Shown here: positions 1 to 9,010 of the stretch, one piece after another
Layout: each line of letters starts with the position of its first letter
How positions within the stretch are numbered: the stretch's first letter is position 1
Source of the DNA: Pirellula staleyi DSM 6068
Lineage (GTDB): Bacteria; Planctomycetota; Planctomycetia; Pirellulales; Pirellulaceae
Assembly: GCA_000025185.1 (NCBI GenBank)
Contig: CP001848.1
Coordinates: 4,830,001 to 4,862,000, forward strand
DNA length: 32,000 bases
Direction: 5' to 3'
Position numbers and translations under genes: made by a program
The notes under the pieces: model-generated
Databases searched by the model: none
Seen by the model: the letters and a program-made list of their open reading frames with translations, nothing else
What the model was told of the DNA's origin: nothing

Positions 1-2795
1 GCATCGACATCCGTCACCTCGCCATCGTCGTTGACATCCAGGCGATTCACTTGATTTTGCCACGACCTGCCTGGAGTTCCAGGGAACTCTGTATCGATCG
101 CAGCACTCCGAGAAATCGGTAGTCCTCGAACGTCAAAAATCGTGGTAGAGACAGAGCCACTTGCGCTCATCACATAATTCTGTCGCCCCATCGAATCGTA
201 GCGGTAGTAGGTTCGATTGAAGTTGACATTCTTTTTCCCGAGTCCCGACTCAGGAATGTCAAAATAAACATCGCTACTTACAAGCTGACTCTTGTCGTTG
301 TAAGTGCTGGTGCTCCACCGAACGTAGGACGACTGCTCGAACGTATCACTTGCGAGCAATAGTCCCGGGCTGCTAGTGCTGGTGCCCCGCGTGGCCTGGA
401 TTTGCTGGACCGGACGCCCGGCATCGTCGCTCTTGGTGATCGAAATGGGGTTGTAGAGCGTGTATTCGCTATGGGCGGAGCCCGAGGCATACCCCTGAGC
501 AGACCGCACTTCTTCGAGGGTATCGAGATAAAGCGTATTGGAGATGGTTCGCACACTCGTGCTAACGCCATCGATCACTGCATCATGGATGGGACCCTGG
601 CTTAGCGTCGTTCTGCCAAGCAGATCGATAGAGTAGTCGGTTGTAAGGTGGAGGCCACCACCAGCGGGAGTGCTCCAGCCACTGGGAACTGACAACTGGG
701 TATCGTCCACATCCACAATCGACTGGACGAGGGCCCCGGTCGCTACATCATAGCCCTGATTGTTGATGTACCCCGCTTCATCTCGAGTCCATATCAACTC
801 CCCAATCACGCTGTAGCGCTCGGCTCGCGTATTGGAACTGTTCGAGCCATTTTGAGCCGTTGGAATCGCAGGTAATGTGGTTACTCGCTCGAGGATGGCA
901 GGGAGAGCCGACTGCCAAGTGTAGCTGTAGTTGGTCTCCACCGCACCCGTGCCGTTATCGTTGCGGAATGACTTATCTTGTGCTGGGTAAACAGTCTCGG
1001 TCACTACCGTCCGGCGGAAGTACTTCATTTCCTGGAGGGTGATCGGCGTTCCACCAGTTCCTCGCTTGATCTTCTGCGATTTCTTATAGCCCTTGACGTC
1101 GCCCGCTTGGCTTGGTGACGAAGTGGTGCCGGTGATGGCCGTAGCTGTGGTTGAGGTTGGGTATTCGTGCAGCTCAATCAGGCCGTCACTGCTGTAGAGC
1201 GAAACCGAAAGTGGGGCGCTCGTGCTGCTGAGTGACCAACTTTGGACTGCCGAAGAATTCGCGTGGCTGATCACCCGAGCGGAAGTGTCGTACTCAAAGA
1301 AGTTGCACCAGCTTTGGCTTGTGGTGGCGTCTTCGAGCACATGCAGAATCGCTTGTCCGATGTAATTGGTGAAGACGGTGACGATCGAGTTGTCAGGCTG
1401 CGTCATCACCATGCGGACACGCCACTCGTTGAGGTCATCAACGAGCGTGCCAGTGCGATTAGTGAGAGCGAACGAATACTCGCGAGCCCCACCCATCACC
1501 ACTTCTCGCGTCACCTGCTGATTGGAATCGTATTCCAGGCGATAGTCGGCAAAGGGATCAAGCTCTGACGAATCGGCCCAAAGGGGGTCAATTCCAGCAA
1601 GTACTGCGCGGCGGTACGACTCTGGACTGAGCACGTACCAAAGTCCATGCTGAAACCCGACGCCGTCCGCTGAGTCAATGTAATAGCGATAGTAGTGGGT
1701 CTTGGGATCTTCCCATTCAGAACCATTCCATCGCTCCGAGACCGTCATCTTCAGATCGTTGAGGCTGCCATAACCATCCGTCCCATCGTAGTACTCGTAG
1801 CTGCATCGCTGGATGTTCTGATACGGTCCGCTTCCAAGTCGTCGCTCCAGCGTTACCGATGTGAGCAGGGCGCCACTGTAGGAATAGGAATATTTTTCCG
1901 TGTAGTACAACATGCCATCGCTGTAGGTTTTCTGAACCTCGGCGATCGAACTGCTCGTATAGGAGGTAACTTCGAGAAGCTGTCCACCGGACATCGTTGC
2001 TTTCGATAGCAAGCCTGCGATCCCAGGAGCAGCACTAAAGTCCAGGAACTCCCAAACGGTTCCCTGCGGATCGGTTAACTTGAAGACGTCGTTGACAGTG
2101 TCAGCCGCTAAGGTGTAGCGATCTTCAGCTCCATTGATCGGCGTGTAAGTAGAGTCAGATTTAGAGAAGAATACGGAAAACTCTTGGCTAAAGCAGATGA
2201 CAACAATACTATTGTCGTCATTGAAGTTTGCTAGGTAGGGCCAATTGTCGACACCCCAGTTTACTCCCTGCCCCCAAGACTCGTTCACAAGAGCGCCGTC
2301 GCGATGACGCTGGTTAGAGTAGAAGCGAGTATGTCCCCAGGGGACACCTTGTCCCGAACTGGCAAAATCGGTCACGCTATAACGGAATTCGCCATTAAAG
2401 AACCGAACAGTCTCGGGGCTCTCATCGTAGTCGCAGGCTGGGCAGGGTGGGCAAGTTTCACATGCACAGCCGAAAGTTGGAACGGGACGCCTTACAACTC
2501 CCGAAGAGCTGCTACTAGAGCTACTACTGCTGCTCGATGAAGGCCAAGCAGAGCTGGAACTGCTGCTGGAGCTTGAGGAGCTACTGCTGCTGCTGCTGCT
2601 GCTGCTCGACGAGGAGCTGGAACTCGACGAAATGCTCGATGAACTTGGGGCGCTTGATGAGGACGAGCTAGACGACGAACTCGAAGAAGAGGAGCTACTG
2701 GAGCTCGATGGATTATCCGATGAGCTGCTTGTACCCGAACTGCTTGAACTGGAGTTTTCAGGTTCAAACGATGACGAACTGCTGGAAGCCGACAT
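1..2795 (-). CDS. YD-repeat / RHS-family protein, 5' partial (about 931 codons; 3' end lies beyond the window start). It has a polyserine N-terminus and then a Cys cluster. The last visible residues form a DVNDDGEVTDVD dockerin/EF-hand-like motif
   Basis: Hand translation of the reverse strand from ATG 2795-2793 is open all the way to base 3, with in-frame TAG TAG about 20 nt upstream. The ORF track lists no ORF in this frame, as expected for one ORF with no stop inside the window. Motifs: VRFFNGEFRYSVTDF...GHTRFYSN (typical start of an RHS core) and Y/D/G-rich repeat segments (YSYSYSG, YEYYDGTDGYG, YYRYYIDSADG, RLEYDSNQQV, TYYRYDSMGRQNY). Confidence 0.8.
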   Translation of the reverse strand, partial: MSASSSSSSFEPENSSSSSSGTSSSSDNPSSSSSSSSSSSSSSSSSSSAPSSSSISSSSSSSSSSSSSSSSSSSSSSSSSSSAWPSSSSSSSSSSSSSGVVRRPVPTFGCACETCPPCPACDYDESPETVRFFNGEFRYSVTDFASSGQGVPWGHTRFYSNQRHRDGALVNESWGQGVNWGVDNWPYLANFNDDNSIVVICFSQEFSVFFSKSDSTYTPINGAEDRYTLAADTVNDVFKLTDPQGTVWEFLDFSAAPGIAGLLSKATMSGGQLLEVTSYTSSSIAEVQKTYSDGMLYYTEKYSYSYSGALLTSVTLERRLGSGPYQNIQRCSYEYYDGTDGYGSLNDLKMTVSERWNGSEWEDPKTHYYRYYIDSADGVGFQHGLWYVLSPESYRRAVLAGIDPLWADSSELDPFADYRLEYDSNQQVTREVVMGGAREYSFALTNRTGTLVDDLNEWRVRMVMTQPDNSIVTVFTNYIGQAILHVLEDATTSQSWCNFFEYDTSARVISHANSSAVQSWSLSSTSAPLSVSLYSSDGLIELHEYPTSTTATAITGTTSSPSQAGDVKGYKKSQKIKRGTGGTPITLQEMKYFRRTVVTETVYPAQDKSFRNDNGTGAVETNYSYTWQSALPAILERVTTLPAIPTAQNGSNSSNTRAERYSVIGELIWTRDEAGYINNQGYDVATGALVQSIVDVDDTQLSVPSGWSTPAGGGLHLTTDYSIDLLGRTTLSQGPIHDAVIDGVSTSVRTISNTLYLDTLEEVRSAQGYASGSAHSEYTLYNPISITKSDDAGRPVQQIQATRGTSTSSPGLLLASDTFEQSSYVRWSTSTYNDKSQLVSSDVYFDIPESGLGKKNVNFNRTYYRYDSMGRQNYVMSASGSVSTTIFDVRGLPISRSAAIDTEFPGTPGRSWQNQVNRLDVNDDGEVTDVD
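2502..2795 (-). repeat. Low-complexity coding tract: codons 1-98 of the YD protein, 80 of 98 residues are Ser
   Basis: Counted codon by codon. All six Ser codons (TCG, TCC, TCA, TCT, AGC, AGT) are used. Non-Ser residues are M, A, F, E, P, E, N, G, T, D, N, P, A, P, I, A, W, P. Confidence 0.9.
2584..2606. repeat. Perfect trinucleotide microsatellite, (CTG)7 plus 2 nt on the + strand, read as (AGC)7 Ser codons on the - strand
   Basis: ctgctgctgctgctgctgctgct read directly. It is the only long perfect repeat inside the Ser tract. Confidence 0.9.
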
Positions 2796-3119
2796 AGCGT
2801 GTAATCTTAACTACTATGGTGGAGTATTGACCATTCCCACGAGGGGGTTTAGCATTGCTGCAGCCTAGCAACTTCGGCATGCACAAGTCAAACAGTTTCT
2901 GTTCACATCATCAAGATTTTATCGTTGTAGGAATTTGCTTCGGGCACACATCGGCTCTTCACATTGTCTACACGAGGAACCGACGACCTGATGCTAGCAA
3001 TCGTTGTCAGCCATCTTGAAGTGTCCCAATACTCGTTCACCTACAATAGGCTATTTCTCGATTTTTAGAGGCTGCGATTTGTCTGAAGCAACTATTCCTT
3101 GAGACCTGCAAGATTCGAT

Positions 3120-4160
3120 ATGGCACAACTTCTCAGCGATCTATGCGTTATTGGTCATCCAAGCAAAGTTGGTGGCGCTGATACAGAGCTTGATCATCAA
3201 ATTACTTGTTGGTTAAAAATGGGGATTAAGGTTCATGTGTGCCACACTGGACCACTTGATGAACATCTGCGATCGCTCAAGTTAGAGGAGCGAGGGGTAA
3301 TCTATCACTCTCCACGCGATTGGAAATCACTCGAAGGGCTCGATTGTATCTCGTTTTGCAATGGTGAATTCCTCATTAATCTTCAAGAAATTAAACAGCA
3401 TGCCCGTTCAGCGATGTGGGTCAATTGTATGACCTGGAACTTTGATAGAGAGCTAAAGATGCACGAGGCTGGTCTCATCGACTTGCATCTCTATCAAACA
3501 CAGCATGCCATGGAGCGGGTCGGAAAGAAACTGCAAGAGCTTGCTCCATTTAGAGCTTCGTTATTTACACCTTATTTCCATCAAGACCTGTTTCCATTCA
3601 TTGAACAGCGTCCTCAAGATAAGTTTCGATTTGGTCGTATATCCAGGGCCGATGCCGACAAGTTTGGGAGCCGTCAGCTCTGGATCTATGAAACGATGAC
3701 CGCCCCCGTTCTCAAAGAGGGTTTGATTGTCGGATGGAACGACAAGATCGCCCGCAAGCTTGGCAAAGAGCCTGATAGCTACATCACAGCGGTAGCAGAA
3801 AACAAGGTCTCGCAGGCTGCCTTCTACCGAACGTGCGATGCCATCATCATGACCACCGACACCTATGAAAACCTTCCCCGTGTTGGTTTTGAAGCGATGT
3901 CGTCGGGGTCTGTCTTGGTCGTCGACAGACGAGGTGGTTGGCAACTGCAGGTGGACGACGGCATCACAGGCTGGCTCTGCGCCGATGATCGTGAGTTCGT
4001 CTACAAGGCATCACGATGTGCTTTTGAGTTTGAAGAACGCCAGCAAATGCGTATCGCGGCTCGTGAGAAACTAGAGCGGGTGTGGGGAATTGAAGCTGCC
4101 ATGAAGTCCTGGGCGCAAGTGTTCGATAGGCTCAACAGTTTAAGTCGTTCTGCTGCGTAA
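3120..4160 (+). CDS. Glycosyltransferase, GT4/GT1-like (GT-B fold)
   Basis: The track ORF 3099-4160 starts at TTG; the first ATG is 3120 (MAQLLSDL). N-terminal GGADTE motif and C-terminal ENLPRVGFEAMSSGSVLVVDRRGGWQLQVDDGITGWL, which matches the E-x7-E region of Glycos_transf_1. Confidence 0.7.
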   Translation: MAQLLSDLCVIGHPSKVGGADTELDHQITCWLKMGIKVHVCHTGPLDEHLRSLKLEERGVIYHSPRDWKSLEGLDCISFCNGEFLINLQEIKQHARSAMWVNCMTWNFDRELKMHEAGLIDLHLYQTQHAMERVGKKLQELAPFRASLFTPYFHQDLFPFIEQRPQDKFRFGRISRADADKFGSRQLWIYETMTAPVLKEGLIVGWNDKIARKLGKEPDSYITAVAENKVSQAAFYRTCDAIIMTTDTYENLPRVGFEAMSSGSVLVVDRRGGWQLQVDDGITGWLCADDREFVYKASRCAFEFEERQQMRIAAREKLERVWGIEAAMKSWAQVFDRLNSLSRSAA

Positions 4161-4227
4161 ATGCACAAACATAGAGAGTGGTAGTAATCCGCTGAGTCGT
4201 TTTCTTCGCTTTCAATTTGCTGGCATT

Positions 4228-5865
4228 ATGAAACTCACCGCCTTCTGCTGCACCTACCTTCGCCCTAGGTTATTGGGGCACCTCATCGAGTGCTTCTTGA
4301 GGCAGGACTACCACAAGGATCTTCGTGAGCTAGTCATCCTTGACGATGCTGGCCAATACGACAACCAGTCAGGCGAGGGCTGGAGAATCATCTCTATTCC
4401 CCGACGATTCAATACCCTAGGGGAGAAGCGAAACGCGTGTATTGCTTTGGCTTCAAGCGATTCACAGGGTTTTTTAGTTGCCGATGATGACGACATTTAT
4501 TTGCCACACTGGTTTCAGACGCATGCTGAGGCGCTTCGACGAGCGGAGTGGTCTCGCCCAAGCCTGATACTTGCCGAGTCTGCACAGGGGCTGAAGGAGC
4601 ATTCCAGTGGCGGCCTCTATCATGCAGGATGGGCGTTTCGAAAAGAGACGTTTTACCGTGCGAATGGTTACCCATTTATGAACAATGGTGAAGATCAAGA
4701 ACTTGCCGAACGCTTTGTAAGTGTGAAAGCCTCGCAGTTTGATCCGTGTCAGATCGCACCACCATTCTTCGTTTGTCGCACAGAAACTGACAGCTATCAC
4801 TTGAGCATGATGGCTGAGAATGGCTACGACCAGCTGGCTACCGATAAACCCATGGAGAAGTGTCAGATAAACATTGGGTGGCCAAGGAACTATAGTGCGT
4901 TACAAGTCGTTCGTCGTAGTGGAGTTGTTCAGTCCTCTACTGAAAAACTACAAAATCTCCCGGTCGAACTTATCGGCCCGGTAAGGTCACCCGGTGGGAA
5001 CGGTCCATCCAATGGAATGTTTGCGCTCCAATCTGCTCTCAGAAGGCGAATTGCTGAGGAAATCGATTGGCTGTCTATACAGTCTCTGCCAGTTAGTGAA
5101 GGAGCACTGCCGTGGTTTTGGAATTGGGAGGATCGGCGTGCAGCAGTGGCCTGGGACGCAAGAGGACTCCCCTTCGTGCAAGGGCCAAATGTGCTCTTCA
5201 TTTCATCGCAGTCCCCGCGTATTGATGACGAAGAGTGCAAGTTGCTTGACTCACCTAACTGCCGAGCAATGTTTTGCCATTCTGACTGGTACAGCGAGTT
5301 GATTTCCCAGCATCGAGGCCCCGCAAATCTGTCCCCTATCGTTCGATGGACTTACCCCATTTCACCCTGGCCAGGTGAACCTCTACCAGATAAGTATGAC
5401 CTCCTAATCTACTCGAAAAATGGCCATCGTCCCTTCTTAGTCGAACAGTTGGCCAAATTCTTTCCGAGACACAAAGTTATCCATTACGGTAGCTACCGGC
5501 GCGAGGAGCTGTTTGAGTCGGCGCAGCAGTCTCGCGCGTGCGCATATCTTGCTGATGATGAGCACGGAGGATTGGCTTTGCAAGAAATACTCCTGGCTGG
5601 ATGTCCTGCGGTTGGGGTTCGAACTGGGGCACCGCTAATTAGTCAGGGAGTTACCGGGCTGTTTGTAGAATATCTTCCTCATGGCCTGCAAAGCGACGGA
5701 TCAAATACAAATCGCATCAGGATTGCATCGCTCCTGGCAGCGATTGAATATGTACAGCAGCTTGACCGCTTTGCTGTTAGAAGTATTGCGAAGGAGCGAT
5801 TCTCCGAAGAAGCGTGCGTCAACAAGCTATTGCAAGCGCTCGACACTGCACGACGATTCATCTGA
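4228..5865 (+). CDS. Two-domain glycosyltransferase: N-terminal GT2-like (GT-A) fused to a C-terminal GT1-like (GT-B) domain
   Basis: N-terminal part: FCCTYLRPRLLGHLIECFLRQDY...LVILDDAG and the acidic DxD-type motif VADDDDIYLPHW. C-terminal part: DDEHGGLALQEILLAGCPAVGVRTGAPLISQGVTGLFVE (Glycos_transf_1-like). Confidence 0.65.
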   Translation: MKLTAFCCTYLRPRLLGHLIECFLRQDYHKDLRELVILDDAGQYDNQSGEGWRIISIPRRFNTLGEKRNACIALASSDSQGFLVADDDDIYLPHWFQTHAEALRRAEWSRPSLILAESAQGLKEHSSGGLYHAGWAFRKETFYRANGYPFMNNGEDQELAERFVSVKASQFDPCQIAPPFFVCRTETDSYHLSMMAENGYDQLATDKPMEKCQINIGWPRNYSALQVVRRSGVVQSSTEKLQNLPVELIGPVRSPGGNGPSNGMFALQSALRRRIAEEIDWLSIQSLPVSEGALPWFWNWEDRRAAVAWDARGLPFVQGPNVLFISSQSPRIDDEECKLLDSPNCRAMFCHSDWYSELISQHRGPANLSPIVRWTYPISPWPGEPLPDKYDLLIYSKNGHRPFLVEQLAKFFPRHKVIHYGSYRREELFESAQQSRACAYLADDEHGGLALQEILLAGCPAVGVRTGAPLISQGVTGLFVEYLPHGLQSDGSNTNRIRIASLLAAIEYVQQLDRFAVRSIAKERFSEEACVNKLLQALDTARRFI

Positions 5866-5954
5866 TTTGCTGCTTCAAATGATTAAGCACAATTGTTTCA
5901 GGTTGTTATACCACAAGTCGATCAGCTCCATTGCTCTTACTACAAGGGTTACCT

Positions 5955-7415
5955 ATGAATCGCAAAGCTGAACGGCTGCTGGAGGCATTTGCAACAGCAC
6001 CCGAGGGAGTGATCGTAGAGGTAGGGGCTGTTCGATTTCGGCAGGAGATCGCCTCGGATGGATATAGTACTGTCCATCTCGGTCGGGCATGTCAAGAGTC
6101 AGGCAGGCGATTCTATTCGCTAGAAAACAGTATCGAAACGACAAGTCTTGCCAACGACATTCTGCAGAGCAATGGCCTTCCGAAGTCAGTCGTCTCAGTA
6201 GACGCTGTGTGGGCACTGCGTGGCATCCAGAACGTCGCGTTGCTCTACCTTGATGGTAGCGATAATCCTGACGAAGCACTCTCTCAACTTCTTGCCACAA
6301 GTTTCTGCCTTGGTGGAATGGTTGTCGTTGATGATTGCCACAACTATTTGGGAAATCGGCTTGGCAAAGGAACTCGCATCGCTGAGTTTCTTGAGAACCA
6401 GGGAGTCGAGTACAAGGTTGTTGACACCGAACCCGACTACAAGATGCTGATCGCACGGTTCGATGCAGGCGATAAGATGCGTCCATGCGGAGGCTTAAAG
6501 CTTACGCCCTATCGCATCAACGTGATTACTTGTATCGACAATGGAGCTGGTCTGGAGCAAGATGCCCGTCTGCTTCAAGGTATGTTAACAGAGCTCGGCC
6601 ACAATCCATCTTTAGTACATTTCGAAAAGCCAGACGAGGCGTTGCCTGCGGATCTGAATATCTTTCTGGAAGTGGTTAATGAGCAAATGTTCTCTTTTGC
6701 TCCGCGCAACTGGTGCATGCCCAATCCCGAGTGGTGGCAATGGAATCAACTACTTGATCGCTTTGAGTGGATTTTGGCGAAAACTCACGATAGCTTTGCG
6801 AGATTTCGCATTCTCACCGATCGCGTGGCCTATACCGGATTCATTTCGGAAGATCGCTTTATTCCTGAAATTCCGCGTGAGCGCAGATGCCTCCACGTTG
6901 CGGGAAAGTCCTTGTATAAAAATACGTTTGCAGTGTTGGAAGCTTGGCAGACATACAGAATTCAAGTTCCACTCACAATTGTCTCGAATTACCCACCTGA
7001 ACTTACACCGAAAGATGTCACTTTTTTGAGTGACCTAAGCCGTGAAGAGCTAATTCGACTTCAAAACTCCCATCAGTTTCATTTGTGTCCTTCCAAGTAT
7101 GAGGGATGGGGGCATTACCTGCACGAAGCCTTGGGAGTAGGGGCCGTCGTCGTAACAACAGACTCGCCTCCCATGAGCGAGTTCGGGGCTCCCTCGGAGC
7201 TTCGAGTACCCCCCAGTGGCTTTTACTTCGAATCCCTCGCAACCATGAGACCTGTGACTTCGGCAGGTGTGGCGATGGCTGTCGAGCGGTGCCTATCGTT
7301 GTCCAGCGAACAAGTCGACCTTATTTCCCGCAAGTCTCGCAATTACTTCTTGCACCAACGCCCTCTTTTCAAAGCCAATCTCGAAAACCTAATCAGAAGT
7401 CGTCCATTGGCGTAG
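5955..7415 (+). CDS. Two-domain protein: N-terminal class-I methyltransferase-like domain fused to a C-terminal GT1-like glycosyltransferase domain
   Basis: The first ATG is at 5955 (MNRKAERLL); the track start 5931 is TTG. N-terminal part: VIVEVGA...LLYLDGSDNPDEAL...GGMVVVDDC resembles TylF/Methyltransf_24-type folds, a weak call. C-terminal part: LCPSKYEGWGHYLHEALGVGAVVVTTDSPPMSEFG is a GT1-type motif. Confidence 0.55.
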   Translation: MNRKAERLLEAFATAPEGVIVEVGAVRFRQEIASDGYSTVHLGRACQESGRRFYSLENSIETTSLANDILQSNGLPKSVVSVDAVWALRGIQNVALLYLDGSDNPDEALSQLLATSFCLGGMVVVDDCHNYLGNRLGKGTRIAEFLENQGVEYKVVDTEPDYKMLIARFDAGDKMRPCGGLKLTPYRINVITCIDNGAGLEQDARLLQGMLTELGHNPSLVHFEKPDEALPADLNIFLEVVNEQMFSFAPRNWCMPNPEWWQWNQLLDRFEWILAKTHDSFARFRILTDRVAYTGFISEDRFIPEIPRERRCLHVAGKSLYKNTFAVLEAWQTYRIQVPLTIVSNYPPELTPKDVTFLSDLSREELIRLQNSHQFHLCPSKYEGWGHYLHEALGVGAVVVTTDSPPMSEFGAPSELRVPPSGFYFESLATMRPVTSAGVAMAVERCLSLSSEQVDLISRKSRNYFLHQRPLFKANLENLIRSRPLA

Positions 7416-7476
7416 TGAGAGCGCGATAAGCGACAAAATAGGGCATAACTTAAGCTACCTCCCAAGGCAGACCTTC

Positions 7477-8268
7477 CTAAATTGCTTCTACTTTCGCAAA
7501 TTGTTCATGAAAACTTTCGGGGGAGTAGGTGTGAATGGGCAAGACGTGCTGCGGCTTGATGGCCTCGACAAGTGTGATGATGTCGCGAATGTAAGCATAG
7601 CCGCTGACTTGAGCGGAAGTGAAGTCACCCTGGACACCATCAATCACATTTTGAAGTTCCTGCCAATCGGGTTTGGCGAGGTATCCCTTCCAGTATCCGA
7701 ACAGACATCGGCAATGCTTCGGAAGTAATCCATCGAAGTCGGATGCGAGCATTGATGGACGGAACATCATCACAATCCGTTGTTCTTTTCGAAGCACATT
7801 GGCAAGTTCAATCTGAACTTCCTCAAACCTCTTGCGAATTTCAACGAGATTTCTTTTCTCGAAGTGCGAGTTGAAAAACACTCGAATTCCATATTCCATC
7901 GTCGGCTTGGGCGTACCAATTGAATTGCCAAGCAGATGGAGCACAAATGCGGATTAAGCGTCAATCACTAAGGTTCGCCCCGCAGCTTGGGTTGCATTGT
8001 AGATCGTAACGAGCCGATCGAATTCGAGCGCGGAGACGCAGGCCAGTACGAGACTTGGTGCCGACTCGATTAGTTTCTTGATTTCACCCACTAGCTCAAA
8101 TTCAGACCGCCCTTGCTCTCTCTCGCTTCCCAAATGGGTTCCTTCGACACTCAGCACGTCGATCGTTTTGACTAGAACGAAGGCAAGTAGGTCGCGCATC
8201 ATGCTTGGTTTTCGGCCATGATTTCGAAAATCTCCCGTGTGGAGAACAGTCTTGCCATCACCTTCGAT
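7477..8268 (-). pseudogene. Metallo-beta-lactamase-fold (beta-CASP-like) hydrolase remnant, truncated at the 5' end and interrupted by an in-frame TAA
   Basis: ORFs 7954-8325 and 7477-7944 are in the same frame and are separated only by TAA at 7954-7956 (...TLVIDA*SAFVLHLLGN...). It has the GDGKTVLHTGDFRNHG motif. The C-terminal motif is degenerate (AQVSGYAY where HxSGHA is expected), followed by KPQHVLPIHT. Homology ends near 8268, where the opposite strand begins to encode RHS sequence. Confidence 0.6.
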
Positions 8269-8269
8269 G

Positions 8270-8683
8270 GGGTACGACGCGAATGGCAATAGTGAGAAGA
8301 TTGGATATACGACCGGCGACAACAATCAGCTGACGAGCGATGGAACGTACAATTACACCTATGATGCTGAGGCGAATCGCCTGACGCGAACGTCGATCGC
8401 CAGCGGTGATGTCACGCGTTACGTTTGGGACCATCGCAATCGGCTTTTGGCTGTGATCCAGGAAGATGGCGTTGAGAACTTCCTCAGCGAGACGACGCAC
8501 ACCTACGCCCACCAAAACCGCTGGATCAGCCGCACGGTGGATGCTGTTGGCGATGGCCCTGGCGGCAGCGAAACCACGGTGTTTGTGCACGAGTCGCAGC
8601 AGATCGTGCTGGAGTTTGATGGCTCCGCAGCAAGCGACCTTTCGCACCGCTATCTCTGGGGGCCGAGCATCGATCAGTTTTAG
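8270..8683 (+). pseudogene. Orphan internal YD-repeat/RHS fragment (~138 codons), with no native start and truncated at both ends
   Basis: GYDANGNSEKIGYTTGDNNQLTSDGTYNYTYDAEANRLTRT...RYVWDHRNRLLAV...SHRYLWGPSIDQF then TAG. These are YD-repeat signatures. The YLWGPxxDQ motif normally continues in full-length proteins. Confidence 0.65.
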
Positions 8684-9010
8684 GTGGTCGAGTCCATTTA
8701 CTCAGGGCTGACCATACTATTCAAGCTGATGAGTAGATTGAATACGACGCCCACCGCAATCGCCGTTTGACGGTATACAGCTTTACTGTCGTAAGCATTA
8801 TTCCACCACGTCAGTAGTTCACACAGACTACTGACGCCAATGGCTAAAAGAAAAGCAGTTGGGACCACTACTTGCGCAGTGGCCCCAACTAGCAGTGTAG
8901 GTGGTTGTAAGATGGTGAAGGGAAGTCTTTTTTAACAGCGAACTAGGTGAACCATGACCGCGAATGGTCGATTGTTGTAACTAGGCGAACTGGTCCCACC
9001 TCGCGGGCAA

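Noticed and set aside
2632-2868. 78-aa highly acidic Leu/Glu/Asp-rich ORF on the + strand
   Set aside because: It is the mirror image of the polyserine tract, because Ser codons read antisense give Glu/Leu/Asp/Ala codons. The same applies to the Ala/Arg-rich 2492-2767 ORF in the other minus frame.
5953-6486. 177-aa ORF on the - strand
   Set aside because: It is antisense to the methyltransferase-like/GT gene and has an Arg-rich junk composition.
8698-8868. 56-codon ORF on the - strand (GTG start) with two hydrophobic segments; a possible small membrane or immunity-like protein beside the RHS fragment
   Set aside because: It is below the size where I can separate coding from chance. It has no ATG or RBS and no recognisable motif, and it overlaps the putative att repeat. 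I kept it only as a note.
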